Part shown: piece after piece, positions 34,952 through 59,216 of the stretch
Position numbering within the stretch: the first letter of the stretch is position 1
How the letters are laid out: each line of letters starts with the position of its first letter
From: Amoebidium appalachense
Taxonomy: Eukaryota > Protista > Ichthyosporea
DNA length: 64,000 nt
Assembly: GCA_963693365.1 (NCBI GenBank)
Contig: CAVNZM010000001.1
Location: 19,910,125 to 19,974,124 of the forward strand
Direction: 5' to 3'
Notes under the pieces: model-generated
What the model was told of the DNA's origin: nothing
What the model saw: the letters and a program-made list of their open reading frames with translations, nothing else
Database searches by the model: none
Translations under genes and position numbers: made by a program

Positions 34952-35733
34952 CGCCCGCCCGCCCGCCCGCCCCCAACAAACCCCCACAGCATACCATTAC
35001 AGACGTGGGCACGCTGATCTTTTTAGTACCAGTTTGTAGACGGGAGGCTCTGAAAAAGAGGGCAGGAAAGGAGAAGAGAGGGGGGTTCAAACGGGGGGAG
35101 AGGTGGTGGGGAAGGGGGGGGGGGGGGGGGGGTGGCACTTGAAGTGGTGAATTGTTTGGGTTGTGTTAAGTGCGATGTTCTGAAGCGAGTGTTTTGGACA
35201 TCCCGGTACACGATTTTAGGAACATGCACTGACAAGCCAACCTTTACCCCCTCTTCCACTTCCCTCTCATTTAACGCATTCCTGCGGGCAAACACACGTA
35301 CACACATACACGCACACGCACACATGACACACACACAGTCGCTGCTGTACCTGCACAACGAGACAGGTAACATCTACAGCCACCTGATTGGTTGCCTGGT
35401 GCTTGCGGCTGTGGCCGTGTACATGTATGCCACCGTGCTGTCGGAGCACAACTGGGCTGATAACCTGGTATGTGCCTCCCCCCACCACCCTCATAGCAGT
35501 AGAGCACATGCACAAACACGTGCACAGACACACATTCACAGTGGACAATCTTGAAGTTCCGTGCGTGGCAGAAGGGGAGCCAAAAGGGGAAGGAAGGTTG
35601 GGGGGGTTGCACCTGCTGATTCACAGGCAACAACCAAATAAATACGGCTTCACCACTAGAACGGAGACACTAACCGAACCTCAATTGCCCAACCATACCC
35701 CACTATTGCACGTCAAATTGCGCACACATTCAC

Positions 35734-35788
<55 letters not shown>

Positions 35789-36831
35789 GCCATGACGTGC
35801 TTCTTTGTCGGGGGGGTGGTCATGCTGTCCATGTCTGCGCTCTTCCACCTTGTGTTCTGCCACTCCCTCCAGGCCTATGCCGTGTTCAGCAGATGCGACT
35901 ACACAGGCATTGCCGTCATGATTGCTGGCTCCTTTGCCCCCGCAAGTATGTGCCCTTCCCTGCGGTGGAATGATAAAGACACTTCGGAGAAACTAAGGTC
36001 TTTGTGGTCAGGGAATGATGATGATATGTGTGTGTGTGTGGGGGGGGGGGGGGGGGGGGGGGGGGGGGAAGAGGAAGCAGGCAACCACATACATCATATC
36101 CGCCCTGCTCGTTCCCCTCTTCAGAAATATTCTAATCCACCCCCTTCTCCCCACAGCCTATTTCCTGTTTGCCTGTGACCCCACCCTCCTGCACGTCTAC
36201 CTGTCGCTGCTGGCTGTGCTGACCATAGCCACCCTGGCTGTGGTCTATCTGCCGGGCTTTGACCGCCCGAGGTTTCGTCTGCTCCGGTCGTCTGTGTTTG
36301 TCAGCATGGGCACCATCTGTGTCGTTCCTCTCTTCCACCACATGGTCAAGTATGTTCTTCCCCTCCCCTCCCCCCCCCAAAAAAACATACACACACACAC
36401 ACACACACACCACCACACATACACACGCATGCACACGCACACGCACACCGAGATCTCTACCAGGATTCTATGTGAACAACAATCCTAGAGGTTATCTAAT
36501 GGTCTGAGAGATTTATCATATCATTGAGCAACAGCCCAAACCGTTAAGTTCGCTGCTGTCATGTTTTGATTTTGTTATAGTATTTCGACTTTTTTTTTGG
36601 CCTTATAAATTTTCCCGATTGCTGGGCTGTAACCAGAGGTGGTGATGCTCGGGTTCAAGCAGTATTACAAGAAAAATTGGAGCAGACGAAGACAGAAATC
36701 CAAGTGCGGGGCATAGTGGTGCGATGGTGTCGGGAAATATCCATGGTGCCTCAGGCAACAAAATTCGTGCTGCATCTGTCTGCTGTTGACTCTACGTGGA
36801 CTAATGGTATCATGCATGCCTTCCTTTCCCC

Positions 36832-36904
<73 letters not shown>

Positions 36905-37008
36905 ACGGGTATTCACATACGGACCGAGTGGTAGCCATGACCATCCAGTGGGGCCAACTGGCACTCTATTTCTCGGGTGCAGTCATCTACACAGTCAGGT
37001 TCCCTGAA

Positions 37009-37064
<56 letters not shown>

Positions 37065-37497
37065 AGGGGCGAGGACGGGAGGGAAGCTTTCAGTGGGGAA
37101 ATTGATGCTTGAGGGTTTCTAACAAGCAGCCAACAACCACGGGGGCGGAGGGGTAGGCCTGAGCCGAACGGGTGGAGGAGGGAGGGAGGGCGGGGGAGCC
37201 AGGGGGGGGGGGGGGGGGGGGGGGGGTTGCTGAGAGGTACAGGTGTGAGGAAGGTGGGTGGCTGGTGGTGGGTGGGCTGTTGGTGTCTCGGGGGCGAAGG
37301 GGGGGGGGAGACACGTGCCCACCGTTGGCAAATTGCTTTACTCTGTGCGCTTGTGTGGGGAGACCCAGAGTGTGTGTGAGAGAGCTCACCATCTGTTCGG
37401 CAGGCTGTGGCCCGGCAAGTTCGACCTGTGGTTCCACAGCCACCAGCTCATGCACCTGATGATCCTGGGCGCAGCAGCAGTGCATTTGTACGTCAAC

Positions 37498-37567
<70 letters not shown>

Positions 37568-38057
37568 TCCTGGATACTCCCTGCGCGCATTTTGTTTTGC
37601 GTATCGGGCATGGTGTTTGCTATTGTAAATTTGTACTTGAACTGAGAAACACAGCCAAAATCAGCTGTCAACACCGCCCCAACTCAACCCACCCTACCCA
37701 CATCCCACCACTATTCACTGGAGGCCACTTCCAAAATGGCAACCACACAACCTAAACTGAACTGTTTTATTAGAACAGAATGAGCCCCCCCCCCCCCCCC
37801 CCCCTCCTTACCCCCACCCTCCCAAGTTCAGTTGATGCTGCTGTCTGAGTTGGAGAGTCGGATATACGCGGGCTAAGGGGTCGAAACTCAGACGCAATTG
37901 ATGACTTGGGCCCTCCCTGAGGATGGACTCTGCTTATGACGCATACTGCGCGCATGGCTATGTTGCATACTTGAATGTTTGCCTTTGCATGTGTCCTTCG
38001 TGTATGCGTACTTCGTACCGTGTTCCGCATTCAAACCCCCCTTACTTCCCCCACCCC

Positions 38058-38116
<59 letters not shown>

Positions 38117-38331
38117 TGCACGTGCGCGCGTACACGTAGATACATACACACACCAATGCATCGCCGTGGGCACTGCAACACACCATGCATCCCGTGGTGC
38201 ATATTCACATCCACCCCCACCATGCACCCCTCTCTAACATGGAACCCCCCAGCTACGGCATGATGACTGGCCTTGAATACCGCCAACAGCACCAGTGCAC
38301 CTACGAGCAGATCAACGGCTTCATGCCATGA
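32505..38331 (+). CDS. PAQR / adiponectin-receptor (HlyIII) family 7TM protein, 9 exons
   Basis: Approximate exons: 32505-32575, 33463-33696, 34722-34860, 35339-35467, 35790-35944, 36158-36349, 36903-37010, 37404-37487, 38253-38331. PAQR motifs present: LPEWLQDN..I..FYRPP, HNETGNIYSH, SALFH...CHS, DYTGIA, RFPER.WPGKFDLWFHSHQLMH. The two N-terminal exons are inferred from phase compatibility only. Confidence 0.92.
34362..34640 (+). repeat. Degenerate copies of the structured intronic element in a PAQR intron
   Basis: ctgctcgtctctgatcaaga...gcccaagttcaagtgaa...gtcgaaaattgggtactgtggatga...gggctct, plus a second fragment ctgtggatgacttagggcccccctgagggtgggctct. Orientation is reversed relative to the COG4 copies. 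Confidence 0.75.
37820..38034 (+). repeat. Structured intronic element, subfamily 1b, in the last PAQR intron
   Basis: Reverse complement of the array unit core, ending ccgcattcaaa followed by a C run. Confidence 0.9.
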
Positions 38332-39406
38332 CCTCCCCTCAGCATGTGTTATTTGCAAGCAGCATTGTGTTGTTTGTCTTGTGTACTTCGTACTCTATGG
38401 CGCATTCAAAATCCCGTGGACTTGCCAATTGCTGTTGAAACAAAGTATGGGTTGGGAACCACACGCGAGAGGTTGAAGAGTCGGAACCCATGCTTTTGTG
38501 GAGGCATAGGAACCACTGATGATGGGCTCTGTTCAAGTGTCTTCTGCCTGCACGCTTAAATTGCTTGGTTTTGGGTTTCCCACTTTTGTGACGCTTGGCT
38601 TGTTGCTCTTTGTTGTCTTCTCCATATTTCCAACCCTCTAACGCATATATCCCCCCCCCCCCTCTCCCCCTTCCCCCCCTGGCGCGCTCCACAAACACGC
38701 ACTCGCTATTTTTCATTCCCAATTTTTCTCTGTGTGATATTTCCGTATTTTTTCACTCTGCTTGTTCTCTGTCTATGCTCCTAATGCACTCACACACTTA
38801 TTTCTTCAAAGTGTGAAATTGATGGGGGATATGTATATATACGCTCGGCTTTTATCAGTTCAGTTAGAATGACCCTGGATGTAGTTTTTGCATGCCGCCC
38901 AGTTAACTTTTTCCGAAGTCCATTCATTAACCTGCACTGTATACAATACATACGATGGACGCAGTCCAGATAATCTATTCGCACACACACACAACATTTT
39001 CACGGGGCACACCCAGATTACACATGTACACCAAAACCGTAATGCCTTACCGTAAAATAGACTGCACGGTGTTTAAAGTGGACACCTACTGAGATATCCA
39101 TTGAGATAGATTGTGAATTTCGGAAACTGCAGTGCATCAGACACTGTGAAATTTGAGAATTGATGGAGTGTAAGTTTTTCTAGAGGTGATGGGAGACTCG
39201 CACGGTTGAGTCGTGGATGCTTGTACGAATAAGAATCAGAATGAAACAAAAAATAACTGGCCACATGGTTTGGATGTCAGTTTGAGTGTGTGATGACCGG
39301 TCACGTGCATTGGGGCCTCTCCTCGGGAAGGGGGGGGGGGGGGGCTATTATTAGACACGTGTGTCCATAAGCACAATATGCCCCAATTGGCCCCACTGAT
39401 GACGCT

Positions 39407-39445
<39 letters not shown>

Positions 39446-40361
39446 GCATTGCCCACCATATGCATGGTGGCGAGGAAATCACCTATAGCCTACATTGTGT
39501 AGGCCATCTGCAAGTCATTGTGTTGTAGATGTACATCTTCCGCCACCTTGCAACTGGTGAGGCCGAAATTTAGGGCTAATATTAATGTGCGAGTATGCAT
39601 ACAAATTATGTTTGCAAAAAATCACGAATTGACTTGCTGGCCAGACCGAGCCCCCCCTGGCCTCATACGAACAAACAAACAATTCAAACAACGTACAAAC
39701 AAACAAACAAACAAACAAAAAAAAAATAAAAAAAATCCAGGCCTAGGGCCGACGCCACTTGGTGACTATTGTTCTCACCATTATGACTACAGCTATAATA
39801 TTTATTGCACCACGGCATCCGTATATGCATCCCCAAGATTTGCAGTATGCACAGCACATTTTGCCAAAGGGGGCCAATAGGGTGGCTTCCGTATATTTTA
39901 TTATCCAACTACAACCCAGAGATAAGCTGGCTTTCGAGAATTACGGCCATGGTTGACATTCAATACGTGTTGAGCGCCAAACACTGCGTCAAACATGCTC
40001 CGTTTAGCATTCGGTTCCGAAATCAAAACAAATGAATTTTCATATCAGGGGGTACAAAACCCCCACTTTCTAGCTTTAATGGGCTCTAGCATCGTCAACA
40101 ATGCCCCGAGTATAGATTAGCCCCTTCATTACATGCATCTCGTGCAAAGAATTCATTCTACTGCTTCATTTATAACATTACAAAGTAAAGAAGTCTGGGT
40201 CCCCCCAGCCCCCACTTTCACACACCCGCATATACAGCGTGGCCCACCCAAAAACAACACCATGCCACCTGACAAACATACACGCGCCCACAATCAGAAA
40301 AACAAGGTCCAAAGTGGCCCAAACACAAGCGAAAAAAGACCACAACATTTCACGACCTATA

Positions 40362-50228
<9,867 letters not shown>

Positions 50229-51390
50229 GGCGGTCTGTGTGGGTGGGGTGTGGTTTAAAGTTAAACCGAATCCTTTTGGGTGTATCGTGAAGAGAAGTCA
50301 ACAATCGTGTGTGTATGTCCCCGCTTGCATAGCCTACCGGCTGTGTACATCAACGGAGCTTATCAACGGTTAGCTGCCTAAAGATCTATAGATCCGCTCA
50401 ACACAGGAAAGAGCACCGCTCAGATAAACTGTGCCAGCTAAACAGGTATGAAATACTATGTACTGAAAATTGGAAGAGGGTTGGCGTCTGGTGTCCTGTT
50501 CTCTCCATGAAGGTAATGGTAGTCTCGGCTACTGAGGCTCATGCATGCCGCATTGCGCATGCGCGGCGTTCACGTAGACCCGTTGGACTATTGATTGCGC
50601 AAACCGTTATCCTATTGTGACACCGCATGGCGCGAATATTCCGCCAATCATAAGAGTCTCTAGTCTTCCATGCTAACATCCATGACGTCATAGCCACTTG
50701 GTCATGGGCCACTCGTTGAGGTGTGGGAATGGGATGATTTACACCAAGTATTTCGCACTATTATTAGATCAACTATATAAGTAGCTATAAGCTATGTTTT
50801 TCCCTTTGGGCCAGTGGGAAGGGGAACAGGCCGAAGGGTAAGAGAGAGAGAGGGGAGGGGGGGACCTGATGGAGGGCCACGGACTGGCCCGGGGGTTGAA
50901 AGACACAACATGGAAGATGTGTTTGGGGACGAGGAGAGGAAGGGACGGGAAGGAAAGAGGGCGGGTGTGTTGGGGGTTTGGGGGGGGGGGGGGGGGGGGG
51001 GGGGGGGCGGTGGGAGGGGGGGAAGGGGGGGGGGCGCAGAGGGCAGAAATAACCCCCATGTGCATGAGTGCATGACTTAGCTCGTAGCTCATCACTGCTA
51101 TGTTCTGGTCACAGACCAGAAACTCCCACCTGTTTATTCCTCGCCTATTCTATTCCTCACCTATGTACATAACCACTTAGGGAGCTATCCTAATCATTAA
51201 AAAAACATGGGGGCCAACAATTAGTGCACAAGCGAGGCCCGTGTTGCCAAGACGCTGCCCAAGCACAAAGGAGCCACATAAAGTGGCAGCACAAAAAAAG
51301 AGCAGGTGACAGGGTTGAAAGGAGGAGGAGGAGGTGGTGGTGGTGTGTGTGTGTGTGTGTGTGTGTGTGGAGGGGGGGGGGGGGGGGGGG

Positions 51391-51568
51391 TTGAATGCGG
51401 AACACGGTACGAAGTACGCATACACGAAGGACACATGCAAAGGCAAACATTCAAGTATGCAACATCAGCCATGCGCACAGTATGCGTCATAAGCAGAGCC
51501 CATCATCAGGGAGGGCCCAAGTCATCAATTGCGTCTGAGTTTCGACCCCTTAGCCCGCGTATATACGA
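51391..51568 (-). repeat. Truncated copy of the structured element, subfamily 1b
   Basis: ttgaatgcggaacacggtacgaag...ttagcccgcgtatatacga between G tracts, just downstream of a small minus-strand ORF. Confidence 0.88.
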
Positions 51569-51659
51569 GGGAGGGGGGGGTGGGGGGTAGTCGGTATGGG
51601 AACACTCAGCCAACTTGGCCACATAGAACACAGTTTTCGTCTTAGTAAAGCCTTGGGCC

Positions 51660-51812
51660 TCACGGCTTGGCCAAGGCCAAGGCAAGGGTCCTGAGTTGGT
51701 GGTCAACCGTGGCCGACAGTGTTGCCCCGCTCGACTCGTTGGTGGCTAAAAATAGCTGCAGCATGTTACGTGCGGCCTCCTTGCTCAGGTGCCTCTTCTT
51801 GGTCAATTTCAT
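51660..51812 (-). CDS. Small ORF (50 aa), possible RNA polymerase I A14-like protein
   Basis: MKLTKKRHLSKEAARNMLQLFLATNESSGATLSATVDHQLRTLALALAKP*. Composition is coding-like, and two amphipathic helices loosely recall Rpa14/Ker1. It is below the ORF-track length cutoff, and the identity is speculative. Confidence 0.35.
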   Translation of the reverse strand: MKLTKKRHLSKEAARNMLQLFLATNESSGATLSATVDHQLRTLALALAKP

Positions 51813-53296
51813 CTTTGGGTTTGCAGATGTGCACACAGGCAGAAGGAAAAGTCGTTGTAGGATACTAGTGCTGATATTATTTATTTGCAGAGCGGCTTAT
51901 CTTTGTGTGGGGCTACGCAGCCTTTGACTGATTAAGAGCTTGGGGAGTCGGTGGTTCTGAAGAGGCGGGTTAAGGTGATGCTGCACAGGCTGGAATCGCT
52001 ACACGTCCGTATATATTACTTAACGGGGCTCTAAACCTCTGAAATAGTCATTCAATGCCTGTGGGTTTCGAACTCGCTGCCGTTGGGATGAGTTGTTGAG
52101 TGTTGAGGCCCGGGTCTGGTCAGGCCTAAATTACCTATAAGGGTTAGATATCACCTTCTTAACACCACTACGAAAGAAAACTGCAGGAATGACACAGGGA
52201 CTTCTTCAGGTGTTTATTCACGTGCATGAATAGCACCGAAGTGTCACCGTGTGCGGTGGATCCGTAAGGCCTAACCGCCGGGCCCGGAGCAGTTCGGGCA
52301 GGGACGGGCCACGGGGATGACCCGAATCGCCGGAGTGACGCGATAAACTCTCAAGTCGCGAGCCTCTGAGGATATAAAACAACTTGGTTTAGAGAGGGGT
52401 AAACTTTTCGGATGACAAGTAACAAGACAACAAGAAAGTGAAAATGACCGTGTAGAAGTTCGTGTTAACAAAACGGGAACTATTGGGAGTGTTGAATAAT
52501 TCTTAGGGTGTTTACTGTGCAAAGGGTGTCAGACATACTGAAAGTATTAGCTATAGCTGAACAACGCTACAGCTATTGTATGTCGACATGGTCACTTTTA
52601 TCATAACCACAAAAAGCAAGCCTATTCAAATTGCAGACTCCCAGATTATTAATTGGTGGTCCATGGAAAAGCGAAACAGTAGAACTTATATTAGTATAAG
52701 TCTTTTCTATATTATTTATTTATAGTATTTGAATGTGTCTAATCCTAAATCTGGCAAGTTCTCTAAATTATGATGGGTTCTTCACTGTAACTTCACATTT
52801 GGAAATGATTTTCAACCAAAACGACATGCTAACGGGTATAGTGAGAGCAAGATGCAATTTTGCAGCCAATCAGCGCTGACGAGCTTTCTAAATGATCGCT
52901 TCATGTGAGTGTCTGTCCGTGCCATTTTCTCTCATGTGAGTGTTGTACATGTGGGCACATTATATAACGCCACAAAAAGTGTGATATGTAAATAGATACA
53001 CAAGGTTTACGCGTCTGTTAACGTTGCTTTGTGACTATAGCATCAGACTTGGTTTCATTTTTCTGTGACTGGCCACCCTTATGAAGCCTCTCCAGGCCTG
53101 AGATCGAACTCGGAAATTTGTTGCTGCCATTAAAGCCTGTCCAAAAGTGTCTCACACCTCACTTCTGCTTTTTTGAAACACTTCACGTCCCTCTTGTCCC
53201 TTATTCGCCTAGCTAATTGACTACACAACGCTTTCTTCGTCCCCGCGACTGGTGTCTGGAAACAAACCTTGCAGAACAGATTCAGTCAGGTGCAAA

Positions 53297-55367
53297 ATGG
53301 CTGTGCTTGGGCTCTTGGCTGAGCTTCAGAGCTATGACAGTGGCTTTGGGGGGTTGATAACGGCAGGGGTTTTCTGCGTTTTCTTTTTGTCGTTGCAACA
53401 CTCCGTGCTGTTCGTGACTGGCCTTGTGTCCAAGGTATTTATTTGCTCAGATCCCTGAGCTTCCGATTTTGTGTCCGTTTGTGCAAAAATTCCCACACGT
53501 GTTAAAAAGGTATACGACGACGCCTCCCTCTTGACACTAACCTTATTGACAGTCCTGAAGTGGTGTTTAGCACGAACCTTCGTTGCTGGAAAGGAGGTGT
53601 TGTCACAACTATGAAGCACATGTGTGGCTTGTAGTCCAGACCGGGTGCATCCCAAAGTTCGTTGAGTGCATGCTATGTTAGTGTTGCCATACAGCCTATT
53701 ATGCTGCCTACGCTATTGGCTCCCAAGAGTTGGGATGCGCCGGCCATGACAACGTGCTTTGGAGCAGCACTCCTTTTTTGAGTGAAGTATGGCTGACCCT
53801 ATGTGTCTTTTGGTGTGTATATACTATCACCCGCTGGGGTTGTATCTAGGTGGAATCTCTGTGGACTTGCTTTCTGCACATGGTTTTTGTTTCTGTGTTG
53901 CTCATATTTAGCCAAACAGGGGTATTGTGAAGACGTCTACCGTGTTCTTAACTGGTTTCTAAAACCGTTTCTTCACTACACAGGAACTTCTCAAATCGAT
54001 TGAAGCACGTGGCAAGCAAGACCAATGGCGCAACTTCATCGTTTCCTACTTCCATGCTTTTATATCTACCGTATGGTGTGCCGTGGCTTATGCGACAGCC
54101 ACCGAGCAAGTCACGAGTGACTTGATTTTCGGTGATTCTCCGGCCTGTCGCCTACTCCTGTGCTTTTCCACTGGATATTTTGCTGCTGATTCGGTCGATA
54201 TGTTATTGAGCAAAACCTTCACTTGGCAACTGCAAGTACACCACACGGTGGTGAGTGGGCCCTGCCCTTTTTCTCTTTCAAGCAAGTATTGGATTATGCG
54301 AGTGTAGTTGCACTGGAATGCTGGAAAGATTAACCCTGTGCATTTGAGGATGAATACTTGTTAGTGAAGAATCGGCCTGCAACCTGTGATGTGTGGGAGA
54401 GTTGCGGTTAGAGACTATATAATGCTGAAAAGTGGTCCTTGAGTGGGTCAGGGTAACGCCTCAGGGTGTGGGTGGGTGGGTGGGTGGGTGTTGTGTGGGG
54501 GGGGGGGGGGGGGGGAGAGATGCCTTGCTCTACCTTCGCATGGCACTTTTTCTGTCACCCTCCTCCCCGTCTTGCCACCAGTGCCCTCTTGGCAAATATC
54601 ACACATGCACCGCGCACACGCACGGACACGTGCACACACACATGCATATGTTCACCTTCCCACGTCCCCCATGTGTGCACGCGTCCCGTGTGCATATGCG
54701 CGCACGCACACACACCCACACATGCGCGCGCACACACACACATACACACACACACATGCGCACAGTTGCACGCACACACATGCAGGCACACACACACACG
54801 CACACGCTAAAGCTACCTTGCCACAGTCACCACTATTTAGCAGTTTTCGCTCTTTCCATCCGCAAATAGTGCATGGCATTTCTGTCGTATGTGTCTCTGC
54901 CTGCTGGCTTCCAGGCACACAGTCCTCTACTGCCTGTCGTGAGCACCCTTCACCCTTATTCCAATTCTATTTTTGCTACGAGAATGCCATTCCTTCCCTT
55001 GCCGTCCTCACCTTTACACCCGACTACCTCGGCTACAACTCACACCATTCATCCTTTCTATGTGTTCTTTGATTGCTACATACTCGGTGTGGTGGGTGCA
55101 CTGCTTTACTGAGCTTTTTTTTAATTCAAACAACTCTACTCGTTGCACCCTGACACCCTCCCTCCCCCCGCAGGTTTTATTGGCGTACCTTGCCGCCATT
55201 CACCAGGGGTTGTGTGGGCCGTACCTTGTGGCCGGGCTGTCAGTGGAGTTCAGCAACATCTTTCTGCACTCGCGTAAGCTCATGCTGCTGGCTGGCGTGC
55301 ACAAGGAGACCAGGAGGTACCACGTCAACCTGCTCGCTTTGATGGGTATGAAAATGCAAGCCCCCAT

Positions 55368-55430
<63 letters not shown>

Positions 55431-55681
55431 ACACACACACGCACACATACACAAACATGCACACTTACACACCACCACACGTACCCCTCACCCTGCCCCC
55501 TCCGCCCTCACCCTCCCCCCCCCCCCCCCCCCCCCCCCACACACACACACCGGCACGCACACGCTCGTGCCTGCGTGCGCACACATGCACACAATGCCTG
55601 TGTTGCTTGCATACCCCTGTGTGTTCGTTTCTGAATGCCATTCCATGTTCTACCCGTTTATGCATGTGTACAGCGTTTCTA

Positions 55682-55731
<50 letters not shown>

Positions 55732-56254
55732 CGGTCGCCCACCCCACCCCCCTCCCTGGATTGCAGGTCTTAAAGCTTATCCCTCGCATGTTACTTTGGG
55801 TTAAACGTGGGCACAAGCAAAAAAGATGTAGGTGTGCGCCCGCACACACACATGCACGTGCAGCCACAAGGAGAAAAGAAAACAAGAGGCACTCAATCGT
55901 TAATCACGTATATATATTCCCACACACACAAGCACATGCACATGCACATGCACATGTGGATATCACCCACGCAGACGCACATACCACCAGGTGCATCCAC
56001 ATGCATGCGGGTTAATAACCGAACGAGTTGCTGATGATACCTTATGGCTGCCGGGAAAGAAAACGAAATCATGTAATGTTGGGAAGAATTGGCCAAATGA
56101 GCATCCTGTATAAAGAGAATTCAGATCCCGAAGGGAACTTCAGAGACAGTGTGCTGGGTGTCTGCCTGAACGCTTATGATAGGCACATTCTTTCTGAATT
56201 TCTAATGTAGACATTGAAGGTGCGCACATTCAGATATACACATTGTACCACACA

Positions 56255-56294
<40 letters not shown>

Positions 56295-56837
56295 TGTCCA
56301 TGCACACAGTCACCCCCCCCCCCCCCCCCCCACCCCCACCCTCTCCCTTAACACACACACGCACATATATATGTACATGGAACCCGGGGAGCGCTGCCCT
56401 ATGGAGCTCTTGAGTGCATGCTGTACATTCTCTACCGTGCAGGCGCTTACCTTCCACTCACCCACTCAGTGAGCTTTGTGTGGCGCTTTTGGGTCAACGG
56501 CTACCTCCTCTACCGCGTCATCATCGACCGCACACACTTCCCTGCCGTGTGGATGTTTGCCATGGCCCTCTCGGGGATGCTCGGTTTGAATTTCTTGAAT
56601 TTCGGGCTCCTGTCGCAGATTTTGACTTCGGATGCAAAGCAACTCAGGGATATTCCTAAGGTTCTCGCGTCAATTTCGAAATGTCCACCTCTGTCTGTCA
56701 CCCATGCACCGGGATCTGTGAACTGTGGAGGGGTCATGGGAACGAAGAAGGAAGGCTATGGGGCGATACCGAGTGGACAGGTGGGAACAACGAAAAGGGA
56801 CGGGGAGGGGAATGTATGTAGGGACGGATGCAGGTAG
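53297..56837 (+). CDS. TLC (TRAM/LAG1/CLN8) domain membrane protein, TLCD1/2-like, 4 exons
   Basis: Approximate exons: 53297-53434, 53984-54250, 55174-55345, 56443-56837, all GT-AG and in phase. Motifs: [38 protein letters not shown], plus several hydrophobic segments. Confidence 0.88.
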
Positions 56838-56942
56838 AAATCGAATGTGCGAATGGAGACAACATCTTTTGAGGGGTGCTCGTTGTGGTCAGATAGATTG
56901 GGTGGATTTGCACGTAGGCAGGTTTTCATGGGTGGAACGTTA

Positions 56943-57603
56943 GGGCGTGTTTGGCAGCGCACTTATATCGTCTTTTCATCGTATTCGTCTTTTCGCCGAA
57001 AAGACGAACACGAATATGTGTCCTGCCAAACACGCCACAGGTTTCAATTTACGCTAAAGACGATGGACATCGCTCTAAAAGACGATATAACTTTTAGCCA
57101 ATCGAATCGTCGCTAACCATTCTAATTCACCATTCGTCAATCAAGTGTTAATCGAATCGCCTCTAACCATTATAATTTACTATTCGTCGAACAAACACCA
57201 ATGAAATCGTGTTAAAGACGACATTTCGCATGCTTATCACTTGACGTCAGACCGCTCCTCGCGGCCGGCGCTGGCTGCTCATGCATCCACACAACGGTCA
57301 TGCGAGGTATGAGGGAACAAAACTGCTTGGCTATAGGCTAGCTATGTTATTTGGAAAAAACATGCCTACGAACACTGCTGCTGTACGCGGAAGACCATGG
57401 CAGCCAGCGAGCGCAAGGTTTGCAAACGTTGTATCGAGATGTTGTACCGGTGTGCGAGCTGGTGCATGTTTAGGCGTGTTTGGTATGCCATAATCGTATT
57501 TCAGCCCTAAATACGCATACCACAAAATAATTTCATAAACACGTTTACTCGTCTTTTCGCCCTAAATACGAATACGCTTTTGGGGGGCCTGCCAAACACG
57601 CCC
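56943..57603. mobile_element. PIF/Harbinger (Tourist-like) MITE
   Basis: 15-bp TIRs GGGCGTGTTTGGCAG / CTGCCAAACACGCCC flanked by a TTA target-site duplication (56940-56942 and 57604-57606). No coding capacity. Confidence 0.9.
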
Positions 57604-58082
57604 TTACCAATTCACCCTCTGCACATGTCGTTATGTTATGTTTGTCGCGCAAAAAACACTTGCGGTTGGTTACTGTTGACTGAGAGTCTGAAAAAGACGG
57701 ATTTTAATGCTGTAGTTGGGTTTTGAAATCTTGCCTAGACAATTAGTATTCATAATGGAGCCATCACGTACAATGGTGTTAACGGCAAAATGCCTTCTTT
57801 TCCCTTAACGTCTCTTTCCTTTTTTTGTTTTTCTCCTCTTTCCCGCGCGGGGGGGGGGGGGGGGGGATCTTTTGGAATCTGAAGGATTGTGTACGTTGCA
57901 GCCGCTCTTTGGCATGAGAAGTTTGTTGCATGATCTCTGTGTCTTGATGCTGTAGGTGCGTGTGTCGCGGTTTTGTCATGAATGAAGGACAAATAAGAAA
58001 CGGAAGAAAAGACACCGTGCGCAACTGTGTCTGGCTGGTTGCAATCTTGAAAGCTGTGAACCGTCCCCCGTCCGCCCCTGTC

Positions 58083-58134
<52 letters not shown>

Positions 58135-59216
58135 ACCACACACCACGCCCCCCCCACGTACACACCCCCACCCCAATTACACATACACACACCCACGTAC
58201 ACACGCGCGTGTGCGAGCACACACACACACGTGCACTATTACACTGTGCAAAAGCTTAAGTAGTTATTCACATCTTCATTGGACAAAAGAGTCTCGAGCC
58301 CCAACGCATGAACAGGCACGCAGTCTCAAGGATGCTTATTATATTATATCATGAAAGAGCGGGTCACAATGCCCCGAGGCAAGAAAAAAAACCACATGTG
58401 TACGAAGACCATATATAAAACAAAACAAATAGATAAGAAGAGTTTTCATACGTTTTTAGGTGGTTTCAAAAAAATTGTTGGTTACCTGGTGTTGTATAAC
58501 AAGATTGTGTTACACGGGTCTGTGACTTTAAAGAACACAAATGTACTTGATTGACTGGGTTGTCCGGCCCACACTTAATGATGTTGTGTTCCGAACCTAC
58601 TTACACCTAGGGTGTGGCCGAGTATCTACGATACGTCGGACTGAGGGAGCCCATTGGGCTGCCTTGGAATATATACCTCTGCATTGTGCCAGATCGGAAA
58701 ATGCTTTCACATTTGCTAATGCCTCGATCATCTCCGTCGGAACGTACCCAAATATGCAAAAGAGAATTCCAAGGCTGACCTCAGCTGCCCGATTGGTTAC
58801 AATATTATTATTGCATTCTCGTTAGCCAATCGGAAGCTGAATCATCGTTCCTAGATTCCTGTTGGGGGGAACCAAGGCTATCGCAGATCTCCAATTATGT
58901 GCATGCCAATTTGCCTGCTAGCCAACCATAAACAGTTTCATGTTTATCAAGCATTCCTTCTTCTTCGTGATTCCCCATACTAATAGCCTTAAATGGTATT
59001 TACACTATCAATGATAAAACACTACAACAAAAGTCTACGTGTTTACCCTATCAAAGATATAACACTATATCAAGGCCTACGTGTGGGGCACGGAAGGTAT
59101 GCTCATGTCGTCCTCGGGTGTCTGCCGTGGCACGTAGCTCTCACTCATCTGATAGATGTACGTGTGTGAGTGTCACGGTCCCCGTTGGGGCTCCCGTCGG
59201 GAAGTACTCATGCACG

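Noticed and set aside
52190-52531. Possible solo LTR (TGACAC...GTGTCA, reverse AATAAA)
   Set aside because: No matching target-site duplication and no second copy in the window.
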